From: Chrysomallon squamiferum
Taxonomy: Eukaryota; Animalia; Mollusca
Assembly (NCBI GenBank): GCA_012295275.1
Contig: CM022665.1
Coordinates: forward strand, 11,098,001-11,162,000
Direction: 5' to 3'
Length of the DNA: 64,000 bases
Part shown: positions 42,201-55,700 of the stretch, piece by piece
Layout: each line of letters starts with the position of its first letter
Numbering within the stretch: position 1 is the first letter of the stretch
Position numbers and translations under genes: made by a program
Notes under the pieces: model-generated
What the model saw: only the letters and a program-made list of their open reading frames with translations
What the model was told of the DNA's origin: nothing
Databases searched by the model: none

Positions 42201-43505
42201 TGATGATGATGATGAATACAAATTTAATACAAATTTTAATAAATAAATATTATTATTAATGCATAAAATATAGTATTACAGTATCTATATATATCCTTCA
42301 GGTCTTCCACAATTCTAAAGAAAGTTTCTGTACCAAAGAGACACATGGATACATTTGGTGGTGTAGAATATAACTTAACAAATACCAAAGGAGTTATAAT
42401 GCACACAGACAGATACCAAGTAAGTAATATTTTTATTTACATCCATTTATTTTCAACATGATATTCCATAGCTGTATGTTCTGGATGGACTGTAGTTTTT
42501 AATTTACATATTCCTACAGACAATTCTGGTTTGACTATAATTTTTTATTTATATATCCCCACAAAGTAATTTTCTCTGATTGGACTATAGAGTTTTAATT
42601 TATATATTTCCTGTGAGTAATTTTCTCTGGATGGGCTGTTGTTTTTAATTTACACATTTCTTCAGAATAAATTTACTTATTTCAAAAGAGTTATGCACTC
42701 TGGTTGGACTGGAGTGTTTAATTTACATATTTCCACAGAGTATATTTCACTGGTTTGACTGTAGTTTTTTATTTTTTTTATTTTTTATTTATTTATTCCT
42801 TCAGAATGGTTTTTTTTGTTTTGTTTTTTTGGTTGGACTGTAGGTTCTTTTAACATTTTTGTAGTTGAATCAGAACTATTGTATTCACTGTACACTACAG
42901 CAATATACTGTTATTGTTTTTTGCGTTTTTTTATTTGGTCAATTGATTTTTGATTGTAATACAGACAACAGTACAGGTAACCATCTGACATGTCCTAACA
43001 ATACACACCTTGCGAGAGTCACACTTGATTACCTACACACAGGTAGTCCCGTGTCATATTTCCCTGGATCTGTTGTCATAGTCTGATTGCCTTGTCAACC
43101 AGTATTATCAAGCAAAATCAAGGCACACACTCACATACACACACCGTCACTGACAAATCTGGCAACAGTCATTTACCAATACGATGGATTTCAGATAACG
43201 AGACAAAACATGGCCAAGAAAAAAGTGTTTAGTGATAGCTTCAAATTAAATTAGTGATATATTCTTTTAACTGAAATGGTGGTTTAGTGCTATGCTGGAT
43301 GAAATGCCTGTATTTACTCAGTTTGTTTTACGAGGGACAAAACTGAATACACCAAGGGATACGAGTTTACAGGTAACTCTACCTGTGGTTGTGTGTGCGT
43401 GTGTAATACCTGTTTAGTGACATCCAGCTGTAATAAGAAAATTAAAGTGTTGTCACATTTACAGACTATGTATTGGTGTAACGTTAATATTCTGAAAATG
43501 AGTGA

Positions 43506-43553
<48 letters not shown>

Positions 43554-46500
43554 TAAATAATAACAACAAATAATAATAAATTATAATAGTATTAGTAATT
43601 GTTGTTGTTATTGTGTATTCTTTATTATTATGTACTAGTAATGCTAATAGTAGTACTGATATTATTACTATGACTAATAATAATATTAACAACAATAACA
43701 CTGAAAATATAATAAAAACAGCATGAATAAGAACAAAAATAAAATAACAACAACAGTCAGTATACAGTAATAACAATAACAACAGCTTATAAAGATAATA
43801 TATCTTTCAAAATAAAAATAACTTAAGACAGGACTCATTTTATTCTTCTGAAATTAAGTCATTAAACTACTGAAATGTTTTTTAAAATAATCTTAAATTA
43901 TCATGATTATGTGTGATACTAAAGATGAATAAAACAAATTAAAAAGTCCACAAAGCAATTATTATTTTTTATCCTGCTTCAGTTATTTAGTTTTATGTAA
44001 ATTGCTTTCATGGTGATTTATGAATAATACCTGTGAAATGAAATTTAAAATTTTAATAAATTAGACATATCCATTTCATATATCCATTTCCTAAGTACTA
44101 TAAATTCTGTAATAAATATTGTCAGTACTGTCTATTCTCTAATAAATATTATCAGTACTGTATATTCTGTAATAACTGTTATCAATACCGTATGCACTCT
44201 AATAAATATTAATTAATTAATTAATTAATTAAGTAATTTATTAGTCTCTTTAACATTATTTGTTTATTTATCAACTACTAGAATAATTTTATTTTAATGT
44301 TATTAAAGTAGCTTGATATTTCAATGTTCATACAACAGTCTGGCGATGTGCCAAAATGATCAGTTGGATGTCAGATTTGATAAATTCATTCTGAATCACC
44401 ATTTGACTTAAAATATTATCATTAAATCAGTTTTAATATTTTAAAATTATTTTATATTTTCAAATTAACTTAGCATTAGAATTTAAAGAAAATACAGAAA
44501 AAATAATAATAACTAAATAAATAAATAATATGTGTGTCTGTTTGTGTATATGTGTATGTATATTTCTATGAAGTATTGAAAAAATAATACAGGATTCATT
44601 CATTAAGAGGTACACTGACAAAAGTCATTAATTTAACATTTTTGTATATTGTATTAAATAGTAAATGTTGAAAAATGCTTATTTCTTTTCAGTGGGACAC
44701 TGTTAGACCTTTTGATGGGTGAGTAATAAATTATTATATTTAATGTAAGTAATACCACAATATTATTGTGCTAGGAGTACATATAAAGATTAAAACATAA
44801 CTGCTAATTTTAACACACACACACACACACACACACATGAACATCCATACATATATTTGTACTTCCATATTTAGATACACATATACACATAAAAAGACAT
44901 ATACCAATTCATATATACACATATAGACAAGTAATTATTATTTTTGACAGCATGAGTCAAAGGGATCGCTTACTGGCAGAACTGAATTACATGGAAAAAT
45001 TGCGAGGTTCTCGAAGAAGACATGAAGTGGTTCCTCACAGAGCCCAGCTCAATCTTTTCATGGGAGGAAAGAAAATTGAAATGGAAGAAAGGTAATGTTC
45101 AGTTAAATGCCTTGTTGACTAAAAGCTTGTTTTAACATAAATGTTGTACAAAATCTCTGTGTGTGTTTGCATGCATGACTGTTTCATGTGCAGCAGATTA
45201 CTGTGATATATATATTTTTTTATTTATAAATTTGTTATGTACCTTTATAATGTTTATATTTTCCGATAGAATTAGAATTTCATTTTATGTTGTATATAAA
45301 TAGTAAACTAATTAGTGTTAATTTCAAAAAATTATACTGTCCATTTACATTTCTTATTTTTTAATTTTAATTTCTACTGTATCTTGTATTCTCTTGTTTT
45401 TAAAGGTTTTATATTATTTGTTAGATTTGATTTCCAAAGTGAAGTGACAGAATTTTAATTTCATTTTATGTTTTATTTAAACAATTTTATTACTGTTAAA
45501 TTACATTGTCCTTTTACATTTCTGGTTTTGTTATACTGATTTCTGTTATGAGGATCTTTATTTTTATAAGTTTTATTTTGTTTTATTAATTTCTGTTGTC
45601 TTTGATTCTTGTTTATAAAAGTTACGTGTTATATGTAGATTTGATATTCAGCGTGAAGTGAACAAACTGAAAGCTCTAGTCCTACCCCGTCATGCCAGAG
45701 ACCTTTACCTTGGAAGAGGAATCCATCTACCTCTGTAAGTAGTTTGACCAGTAAAATAACATGATTTCACAAATATAATATATGAAACAGAACCATCTAT
45801 CTCTGTAAGTAGTGTTTACTGTAAAGAAGTAACAAGTTTTCAGGACTATACTATATTACATGGACCATGTTTGTGAATCTAATACATACACATCTCAAAT
45901 TTGATAATTTATTTTAAAAAATATATATATTATCATCATCTCTATTATTATTATTATTGCTTTTGGTGGTGTTATTATTATTAATGAAATTGTTATCACT
46001 ATTATTATTATGATTAACATTACATTATTATTATTATTACTATTGAGATTATTAGTAGTAAACTGTTAAATCTCATGTTCATACTTTTAAACGGCACATA
46101 AGAAAACTTTTCAGTAAATCATCTCCAGTTTTGACATATTCTTTTTATCTCTTACCAAATATATATTCACATTAAACCTGTTAATCATACACATTTATGT
46201 AGTTTTCACTATTTCTACAACAACATTTCAAGTATGAATTTTAATCAGGTATCTTCCATTCTAATTCACTTATTGGTCATGATAAAAAAAGAAGAAATTT
46301 TTGTTTTAAAATAAAATATATTAAAAAATTTAATTTAATATAAAATGATATTATTTTGTTATTATATAGAAATCATGCTTCTCTAAAACCCAGAGTCTCT
46401 ATGTCACTTCTAGACAATGACTATGATGAATATGGTAAGTAATTATTTAACTTTGTTTGTCTGAATCATTGTCTTTTAAAATGTATATAAATATTGTGTA

Positions 46501-47801
46501 GCTGAACAATATTTTGCATAAATAATGATATCTATGGTGATGTAAACAGACAGCCTAAATATACTTTGTACACTTTCAAGTGATTTTTTTGTTTGTTTCT
46601 CAATACCAACTTTTGTCAATGTTTGTGAGGATGCATGGAGGCTGACATTTTCCCTTTTCCCATGATTTTGTTTCATACACAGAAAGACAAACAATCCCTG
46701 ATAGACTGAGCGAACAACAATTTTTATTTTTGAACTGATTTACTCGTATCATTATTGGTTTGTTTAACATATTGAGCTGTTTCCCATTCTAGTCAAGATT
46801 CAGTAGGTTTTTTTCCTGTCTCTGGAAGGTGCATATAAAATATTCTTTACTGCTAAATAATAACAGAAGTCATTTGTGGATTTGTATTCTGATTTCATAA
46901 CTACAGAAAATATAACATTAATTATTTAAAGACCATGTTTTGTGTTTCTTGTCCTTGAGAAGGTGTAAACAGTTAATAAGATAAATTGTGACAGATCTTT
47001 ATCACTAATCTTGCTGACTGACTGGCCAATAAAAACTGTAATTAAAAATGTGCAAAGTTGTGATTAAAATATTAATATTCTTAAACAAGAATTCATTCAT
47101 ATTAGTAAGTTCATTAAGTCATTTACTCCTGTGGTGGTGGTTCATTAATTAATTTATACGTTTATGCATCATTCATTCATGCAATCAGAATTCATTCATT
47201 TGTTGATTCACACATTCATTCATTTATTCATATATTCATAAACCTTTCATTTATTCACACACACACACACACACACATAAAATCCATTCATTTATTCCTT
47301 GACAAATTTATTTTTGTTTATTCATTCACATAATTATTCATTTATTTACATACTTATTTAATTATTTATATACATTCAGTCACATCATTTGTACATTCAT
47401 TTATTATTCATATAATTCATCCATTTTTTTATTTCATTCATCCATTCATTCATTCATTCATTTAATCATTCATTCAACAGAAACAATGTCTGCTCCAGCT
47501 AACAGATCTCAATTTCTGGATCTGCCTCCAATGAAACGACAATCTTCACAACACCCTTACTCCAGTGGATCTTCCCTGAATCCTAGAAAAGTTGTACCAG
47601 GCATTAATGAATCAGGTGAGAAACATTTGGCTTTAATTTAGTATTTAATTCGCAGCTGTGTAATTACAAACATGATATAATATTGCTTCAATCATGCTTT
47701 GATTACGGCAGTTGTTATTGGGGAAGTCTTGCTTGCAATAAATCTCACAGCTTTTTATGATATCAGTAACATTTTCAATAGGATTTTATTATTATTATTA
47801 C

Positions 47802-47853
<52 letters not shown>

Positions 47854-47864
47854 TTATTTATTTA

Positions 47865-47929
<65 letters not shown>

Positions 47930-48380
47930 AACCTTGCTTCCAATAAAGGTCACAGCCTCAAGAATGTACTTTTATTATGTTGATATATATTTACTGAATT
48001 GGAAAAAAAGTAATATAATGAAAAAAAGAAATATATAGAATATATTTTTTTTAAATTTAATCATAATTACCTCTCACTGACATTGCTAGCCTGTAAAATT
48101 AAACATAAACATGTAGATTTTTCAGGAACTGTTATGCACTGTTAAGTTGTTTGTGCTCTGTATGCAAGCATCTAGAAATAATTTTAAAAAATATAATGTA
48201 AACAAATGGGAAAAATAAACTGAAATAGAATTTAATATTCAGGCTGTTTGTAATAAGTTTTTTTGTTGTTGGTTTTGTTGGTTTTCATAAAGAATTCTGT
48301 AAAAATATCACCAACAGCAAATTTTGTTCCTCATCTCTCTTTATTATTTATTTTCATTATTTACATTATTATTATTGTTG

Positions 48381-48433
<53 letters not shown>

Positions 48434-50201
48434 ATTATTATTATTATATTTCTAAAATGAGACATTCATGGGGGAAAGTTAATAAAAGATTAATTGAAGT
48501 GATTATTTTCTTTAATATATTGTCATTATTATTATAATTTTTTTATGCTAACAATAGTTAAAACAATTTTTTTGTTCGTTTATTTTTCTAAACATTTAAT
48601 TATTATTAGTAATAGGAGTAGTAGAAATGGAAGTATTAGTATTATTATTATTTCTAGTATTAGTATTAGAATAGCTTTATTATTATTATTATTTTTAATT
48701 AAATAATTATTTTATTTACTAAACTTAAACATTCAGAAACTAAATACCAAAGATGAACACTTCCCCTCAGGAAAAATAAATAAATAAATAAATAAAAATA
48801 TTTTAGTCTTTTAAAAAATATTTTTAGCCTTCACTTTTAATTTATTTTTTAATTTTACTGTGTTAGTTTTTAGTCTTTAGTTTACTGTAAATTTCTTTCA
48901 TGTACAGGTGATATAAGACTCGGATCTCCCATTCTTTTGTCAAAAACACGTCGAACTGTGACAATGTTGCAAGCGAGATTGAATCTCCCCCGTAGTATGA
49001 CAGTTTCTACAGCTCTTTATAGATGTGTCTGCTTATATTAACAATCATTCAGCCCATTATAATGTCAGCCTCAGATTATCATCTCTCACAAATAATTTGC
49101 CCATTACAGGTTGATCATCACGAAATGCTTGGTGTTGGAGAAATGTTTCAGATTTCAGAATATTTTGGACTAATATAAGGAGATAGCCTGAGAACATGCT
49201 CTGACTGTAAACACAAAATCCATTTATATTTTATATATATAGTGAAACAGATTGTCTGCATATTAGTGTATGTCATATTTGTAATAACTGTGTGTATGAA
49301 GTAAAGTTTATTTGCACTAAAACAATACAAAACTATAACATAATCACTATAGTTTAAACAAATCTTTTTTTATTTGAATTTCAGAGACAGTTTAAACAAA
49401 TTTTTAGGATTTTGGATCTTTTTTACCTTTTTGAATTTCAAAGATAATTTTCAGGAATATGCTTATCAAAACATCCAGTATTTTTATATTTCAAATCTAC
49501 ATTATTATTTACAACTGATTTTTCATATCATATATTGCTAAATACAATTTACATTTTAAAAATTTTGTCAACAGTCTGTGATTTTGATATTTAAAGTAAA
49601 ATTCAAATTATTAATTCAAAGAAAGAAAATGAGTTTTAATCTACAGTTATAAAACAGATTGTTGGTGAGAGTTGATGGTTTGAGGCAAAAATCTTTTACC
49701 TTTTTAAACAGGAAAAATATAACACAGTGTGAGGAGAATATTTTACCCATCATTCTTGTGTGTGGTGACATACCAGGATGATGGTTAAAATGTACAGAAA
49801 TCACATTAATGGTTTGAGGTAGCTTTAAATATCAGTGTATATTTTTACCTGTAATGGTGAAGGATGTAACAAACCATTAATAGTGTCTGCGTGTTTTTAC
49901 CTGTAATAGTAGTGTAAACCTATTACTGTAATATTTGTGTAAATATATCACTATTATGTTTGTGCAGACCTATTACTGTAATATTTGTGTAAATATATTG
50001 TTTGCGTTTTGTTCTAAAATGTGGTCATGGATGTTAGTTTATAGTATGGGTGAGGAGATGTAGTAGAAGTAGTAGAAATAATGATAATGAAAATGATAAT
50101 GATAAAGGTTATCTTACTGAATATTATGAAAAACATTGGAAAAAAAGTGTACAAAATAGATGTACAACAACAACAACCAAAATAATAATAATCAATCAAT
50201 C

Positions 50202-50253
<52 letters not shown>

Positions 50254-52716
50254 TTAATAATAATAATAATAGTAATAAAAACAACATTAGTAAAATGTTG
50301 CTTTTAAAGCATGCTTTACTTATGAAAATGCATTTAAACATTTCTACCTTTTTTTTTTGGCTTGTATCCAGTTGAAAAATTTACTAACATGGTTATGGGT
50401 CTCATATCTAATACTAAATGCTTATAAACTCTACAATAATATAATTATTAACATTTTCCTTTTGGATACTTTCTAACCAGTAGTATGTTTAATTACTTTT
50501 ATTTATTTTATTTTATTTTGTAAAATATTACTTACACTGAATCATTCAGACTTTTGTAAACATCCTAGGTTCATTATTGTTTATGTAAGACAGTTACAGA
50601 GTGTTTGAGAACTGGTTAGAAGACAGCATATAGTGTTCTTACACTTAACAAATTATCTCTGGTTCCAAGCTGAGATCAGGATATGATCCTAGTTCCTACT
50701 GGTTCTTAGGGCAAATGACTTAACCACACTGTCACAGTTATGTAGAAAGGTAGATTACACTTACATGGAAAGGTAGATTACACATGTGTGGAAAGGTGAA
50801 AAAATAATGTTGAATGTTTTATTCTGTGAGAACTGTTCCACTCTGTGATATAAAATAGCTCATCAAAATTTCAATATTAACAGTATCTGCATGTTATTTG
50901 TATTTGTGAGTGCAGTTTTGAACTGGCAGGTCCATTGTATTGTTTATACACATCATGTTATATCAGAAATACTCAAATGAAGTAGTTAAAATTGCACACT
51001 ATTTTTTCTGTCTTTTGTTGTTGTTTTTTCTTAGGCAGAGATTTTGGCTTAATTCATAGAAATATGAGTATATTTAAATATAATTAAAGGGACATAATTT
51101 GTTTTTGGTATTGACTCTGAAACACAATTATCACAAAATAATGTTTTTATAAATAATATATATATTTTGTTTAATAGTTGCTGCTATTAAATGTCCAATA
51201 GATATGTTGTTAATATTAAAATAAAACTGCCATTTTAACTGCAGGACTAAAACATGAAATGCCAGTAAAACAGAGCAAGACAGACAGTCACAGAGATCCA
51301 TCAGGTTGGGTAGCAGACCAGAATAAAATGTAAGAATAATGTCTTCTCTTCCAATTATATGAAATATCTGCTAACAGTACTTACTTTGTTAAAAACACTT
51401 ATTTGTAATATACAATAGAATTAGACATATACAGTTTCAGATATTCATTAATATCAAATAATTATTCATAGTAAATATATTTTAATACACAGTGGAACTA
51501 GACAAATATAATTAAAAATGTTCATTACAAAGATAATTATTTATTCATAGTAAATGTATTTTAAAACATATATTGTTTCAGATATTCATTATTAATACAA
51601 TTATTTACTCATAATAAATATGTTTTAAGATGAGTTTAATTTTCAAATAGAATTAATTTTACTGGTTTGTGAAAGAACGTCAGTATTTACTATCTGATAC
51701 TGTAGTTCCATATATTCATTATTTATAAGTAAATATATTTTAATCTTTCTTTTGTTTTCTAATGAAATTAATTTTAGCTGTTTTAGAAACAAATAAAGGT
51801 TAATTATATTAGTAGAATTAAGGGAAGGAAGAATAATGTTTATAATTAAATTAATAATATAACGAGATTATTATTATTTATTTTCTTTGAAATTTTGTCC
51901 ATTTGGTATTTTTAAACATTTTTTAAAATTAATATTAATGTAGAATTGTATAACATATTTTAAAGTAAGTAATAACATTATATAGTATTATTTCAATACA
52001 AGTGTTTGTTTAAGAAATAATTTTCTGTATCTTAATATGAAATGATATAATAAAGGTTTATATAATCATTTTCTGTTGAAATATGTAGAAAATGTATTTA
52101 TATTGATAATAATTTTCCATTTATTACTGTTTTATTAGATAATATATATGTTTATATACAAATAATAACATTCTAAATTTTAAATGTTCAGCTATGTTAT
52201 AAATATATTTACATTAATAATTACTTTCTTTATATTTATTTTTTTATTAGAAAAATATTGATGTTTATATAAATAATTACATGTACATGTAGAACTAGGT
52301 AATAAATATGTTAATGTAAATTATTACTTTATATATTACTGTATTATTAGAAAATGTAGATGTTGATATAAATAATAATATTCTATTAGATAAGTTTAGA
52401 ACTAGGTAATAAATATGTTAATGTTAATCATTACTTTTTATATTACTATATTATTAGATAATTGTGTTTAAACAAGTAATAGCATTTTATGTTAATGAAA
52501 ATTAACACTCTCTTTGTTTATGAAATTAACAAATATTAATGTAGAACTAAGGAATACATGTATTTATGTGATAAATTTCTGTGACAGAATGAAGGAACAG
52601 AATCTGACAAGAGCTGACTCAAAGGACTGTGAAGAGATTCACATACCTGAGAACAAACAGAAAGAAGCAACAGCAGAGGAGTATGTGTTTATTTATTTTA
52701 ATTAATTAATTATCTT

Positions 52717-52785
<69 letters not shown>

Positions 52786-55700
52786 TTTATTGTTACTGTT
52801 GTTGTTGTTGTTGTTATTTTGTTTTTTTGTTTGTTTATGTTTTTGATCCTTCAGTACACCACATTGTTTTACAATGCACCATTATTATTATTATTATTAT
52901 TATTTATATTTTTTTTTTTTTTTTACTGTTAATATTGGTTTCAAACTTATTTTTGCCACATTATTTCATTTTAAGTTTATCTGTATAACACTAATACCAC
53001 AAACAGGAAATTATTTCAGTCTTGTACACAGAGAAAATATAAACTCAACTATTTATTTACTACAGGTCACCTCAGGCAGGCACTGAAAGTAAACCAAAGA
53101 CAGATGGTGAAAAGGTTGCCATGGAAACACCCAATGCTCCACCAACATCAGCTGCTGATCCTCGACAGACTTCACTGTCACCATTAAATAGTAGACACAG
53201 TGCCAGTCCAGACAAACCTTCAAATCTTCATCCTTTGAAGGTGAGAATCTGAACCAGGCCAGCCACAACCTATTACAAATATACATCATATTTGGTCTTT
53301 ATTTTCCTCAGGGTTTTGTTCCCATTCTTACAATGGGTGGTTCCTTTGGAATAATTTAGAGGGAGGCATTAAAGGGGTTGTACAAATAGGAATTGTTTAA
53401 GTAAATTGACTAGACACGTGGGATGTTCAGTGCGTAGACCCATCCTAGTGGACTTGTAACATAAAGAAACATAGCCTTGGCAGACTGTACCAGATGTAAC
53501 ATATTGGTCACAATGATCTCCTGTAAGAAACAAGACTTTCATGGTATCTGTAGACTCACCATTCCTTTATGGGCCTTCTAGGGAGCTGAGGACAAAAATA
53601 TCCCCTCAGCATTATTTTTCAAATGACTGGTGGTCTTCCCACATTCCTTTTTATTATTATGTTCTATCCATCTATACCTCTATATCAATGTCAGGGTTTT
53701 TTGGCTGAGATGCTTAATTTCCAAACAACAACACTTTATAACACTCAGGCACATATAGTAAGCATTAATAGAGAACACCTCATGACTCTGATGAAAACAT
53801 CTGATCTGCTGGCATAGATTTAAATGTGGAGCCATAAATACAGAATGTTTGCTTTACGCACATTGGCTATCAGGGTAAATCAGATGACACTTTCATAATT
53901 TCTCATTCTACCCATATCTATGCCACTGATATATCAGAAGGCTTTGGTATGTGCTTTTATGTCAAAAGGTTTGCTAGTTATTAACATATATATATATTGC
54001 TGGAGTTTCCAGTGTTCTTTAGTACTGATTACCCATAAATAATTTCTTTGTAGGGAAGTGAACTAGTGACATCAGTTCCTGAAACAGAAAAAGATGAACT
54101 GAGAAACACATATGAGAGACTAGACACTGATATGGATGGGTAAGTGTGTATGTGTGTATTTATGTGTATGTGGGTGTATGTCTTATTTTTTGATTTTATG
54201 CTTACATAATTAACTATATTGTTTCTTTTTTCTTTATTTTCTTTATATATATTGTGTGTTTGTGTGTGTGTATCTGCAACTCTTTGTCTATATGTATATA
54301 TCTCTGTCTTTATCCATCCATTCATTTATTTATTTATTTATTTATTTATCTATTTAGACATATCAATTTTAGTCAACTAAAGTCCCAGCTACCTGATAGC
54401 TTCTCTCAGACACATGAAAGATTTTTAAAACATGTTTACGAGATCACTAGCAAAACGACCACCATATTTGAAGTGGATAACTTTCTTACTATGTCACAGC
54501 TTACCAAGTTGGTGGGCAATCTCAGGTAATAACAAAATTAACTATTTTTAGAATAATAACCAAGATTATTAATAAACAAGAAATTAAATAGATAACCAGT
54601 TTTCTGGAATATAATCAAGATTGTGGCAATCTCAGTGAAGACAAAAATAAATATCTAAAATGTCTGGAATAATAAGCAAGATGATGGGTAATCTCAAAAT
54701 TAAGTATTTAAAAATAGCTTTAATCTAATGACTAAATATAACATAACTTATTTCAGTGGTGAGGCACAATCAGCTTACCAACATCTGAATTTTGATACTC
54801 TGGAACAAGAAATTAAGAAATTTATGGTAAGTGATTTTATTTATATATATTTTAATAAATTCCTGACATGCGTGACATTTGTTTTTTAATGTTATAGTCA
54901 TATACTATATTAAATTTTAAACACTACATACATTCATCAATAAAAAATTGTACTATAATTATAAACTGTAAAAAAAAAAATACAAACAAACCAAAAAATA
55001 TCAACCCCCATTTTGAAATGGTTTAAAGATATTTTATATTTTGTTCTTTTTTGTTCTTTTTTTTTTATGCCTCTTTTTTGGTATTAAAACATAGTTCTTT
55101 GGGAATCATTATTATTGTTTACATTACATTACCATTATATAATGTTTCTTAGTTTTGAAATATTATTTATTATATCTGCATTATATTTAATCAGTGAATA
55201 TGTCAATAAAATTTTCACAATATTTATTTTCACCATCTGTCTGTTTGTAGGAACTGTTCCAGTCAGTAGACAGAAGTAACCGAGGTAAAATCTCCATTGA
55301 CTCATTAAAAGAGGTGTTATCTGCAGTGCTGGAGAAAGACTTTAAAGATGATGATTGGGAGAAAGTTCTGAACACAATGTCAGTGGTGAGTAGTTTTATT
55401 AATACAATATAAGTGATGAGTAGGTTTTTTAATACAATGTCAGTGGTGAGTAGTTTTATTAATACAATATAAGTGATGAGTAGGTTTTTTTATGCATTAT
55501 CACTGGTGAGTAGTTTTATTAATACATTTAAGTGGTGGCTGTTTTTATTAATATTTTGTATATAGCAGACATTTTCTTAATATAACATTTATGGTGGGTA
55601 GTTTTATTAATACAATATCGGTAATGAGTGGTTTTATTAATATTAAAAAAGGATAATTTAATTCAGTATCTGTGATGGTAGCCTTCTTGATAAAAAAGCA

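Noticed and set aside
51304-51310. CAG|GTTGGG as the donor of exon 51245
   Set aside because: Phase 1 would hit TGA at the start of exon 52588, whereas the donor at 51330 keeps the frame.
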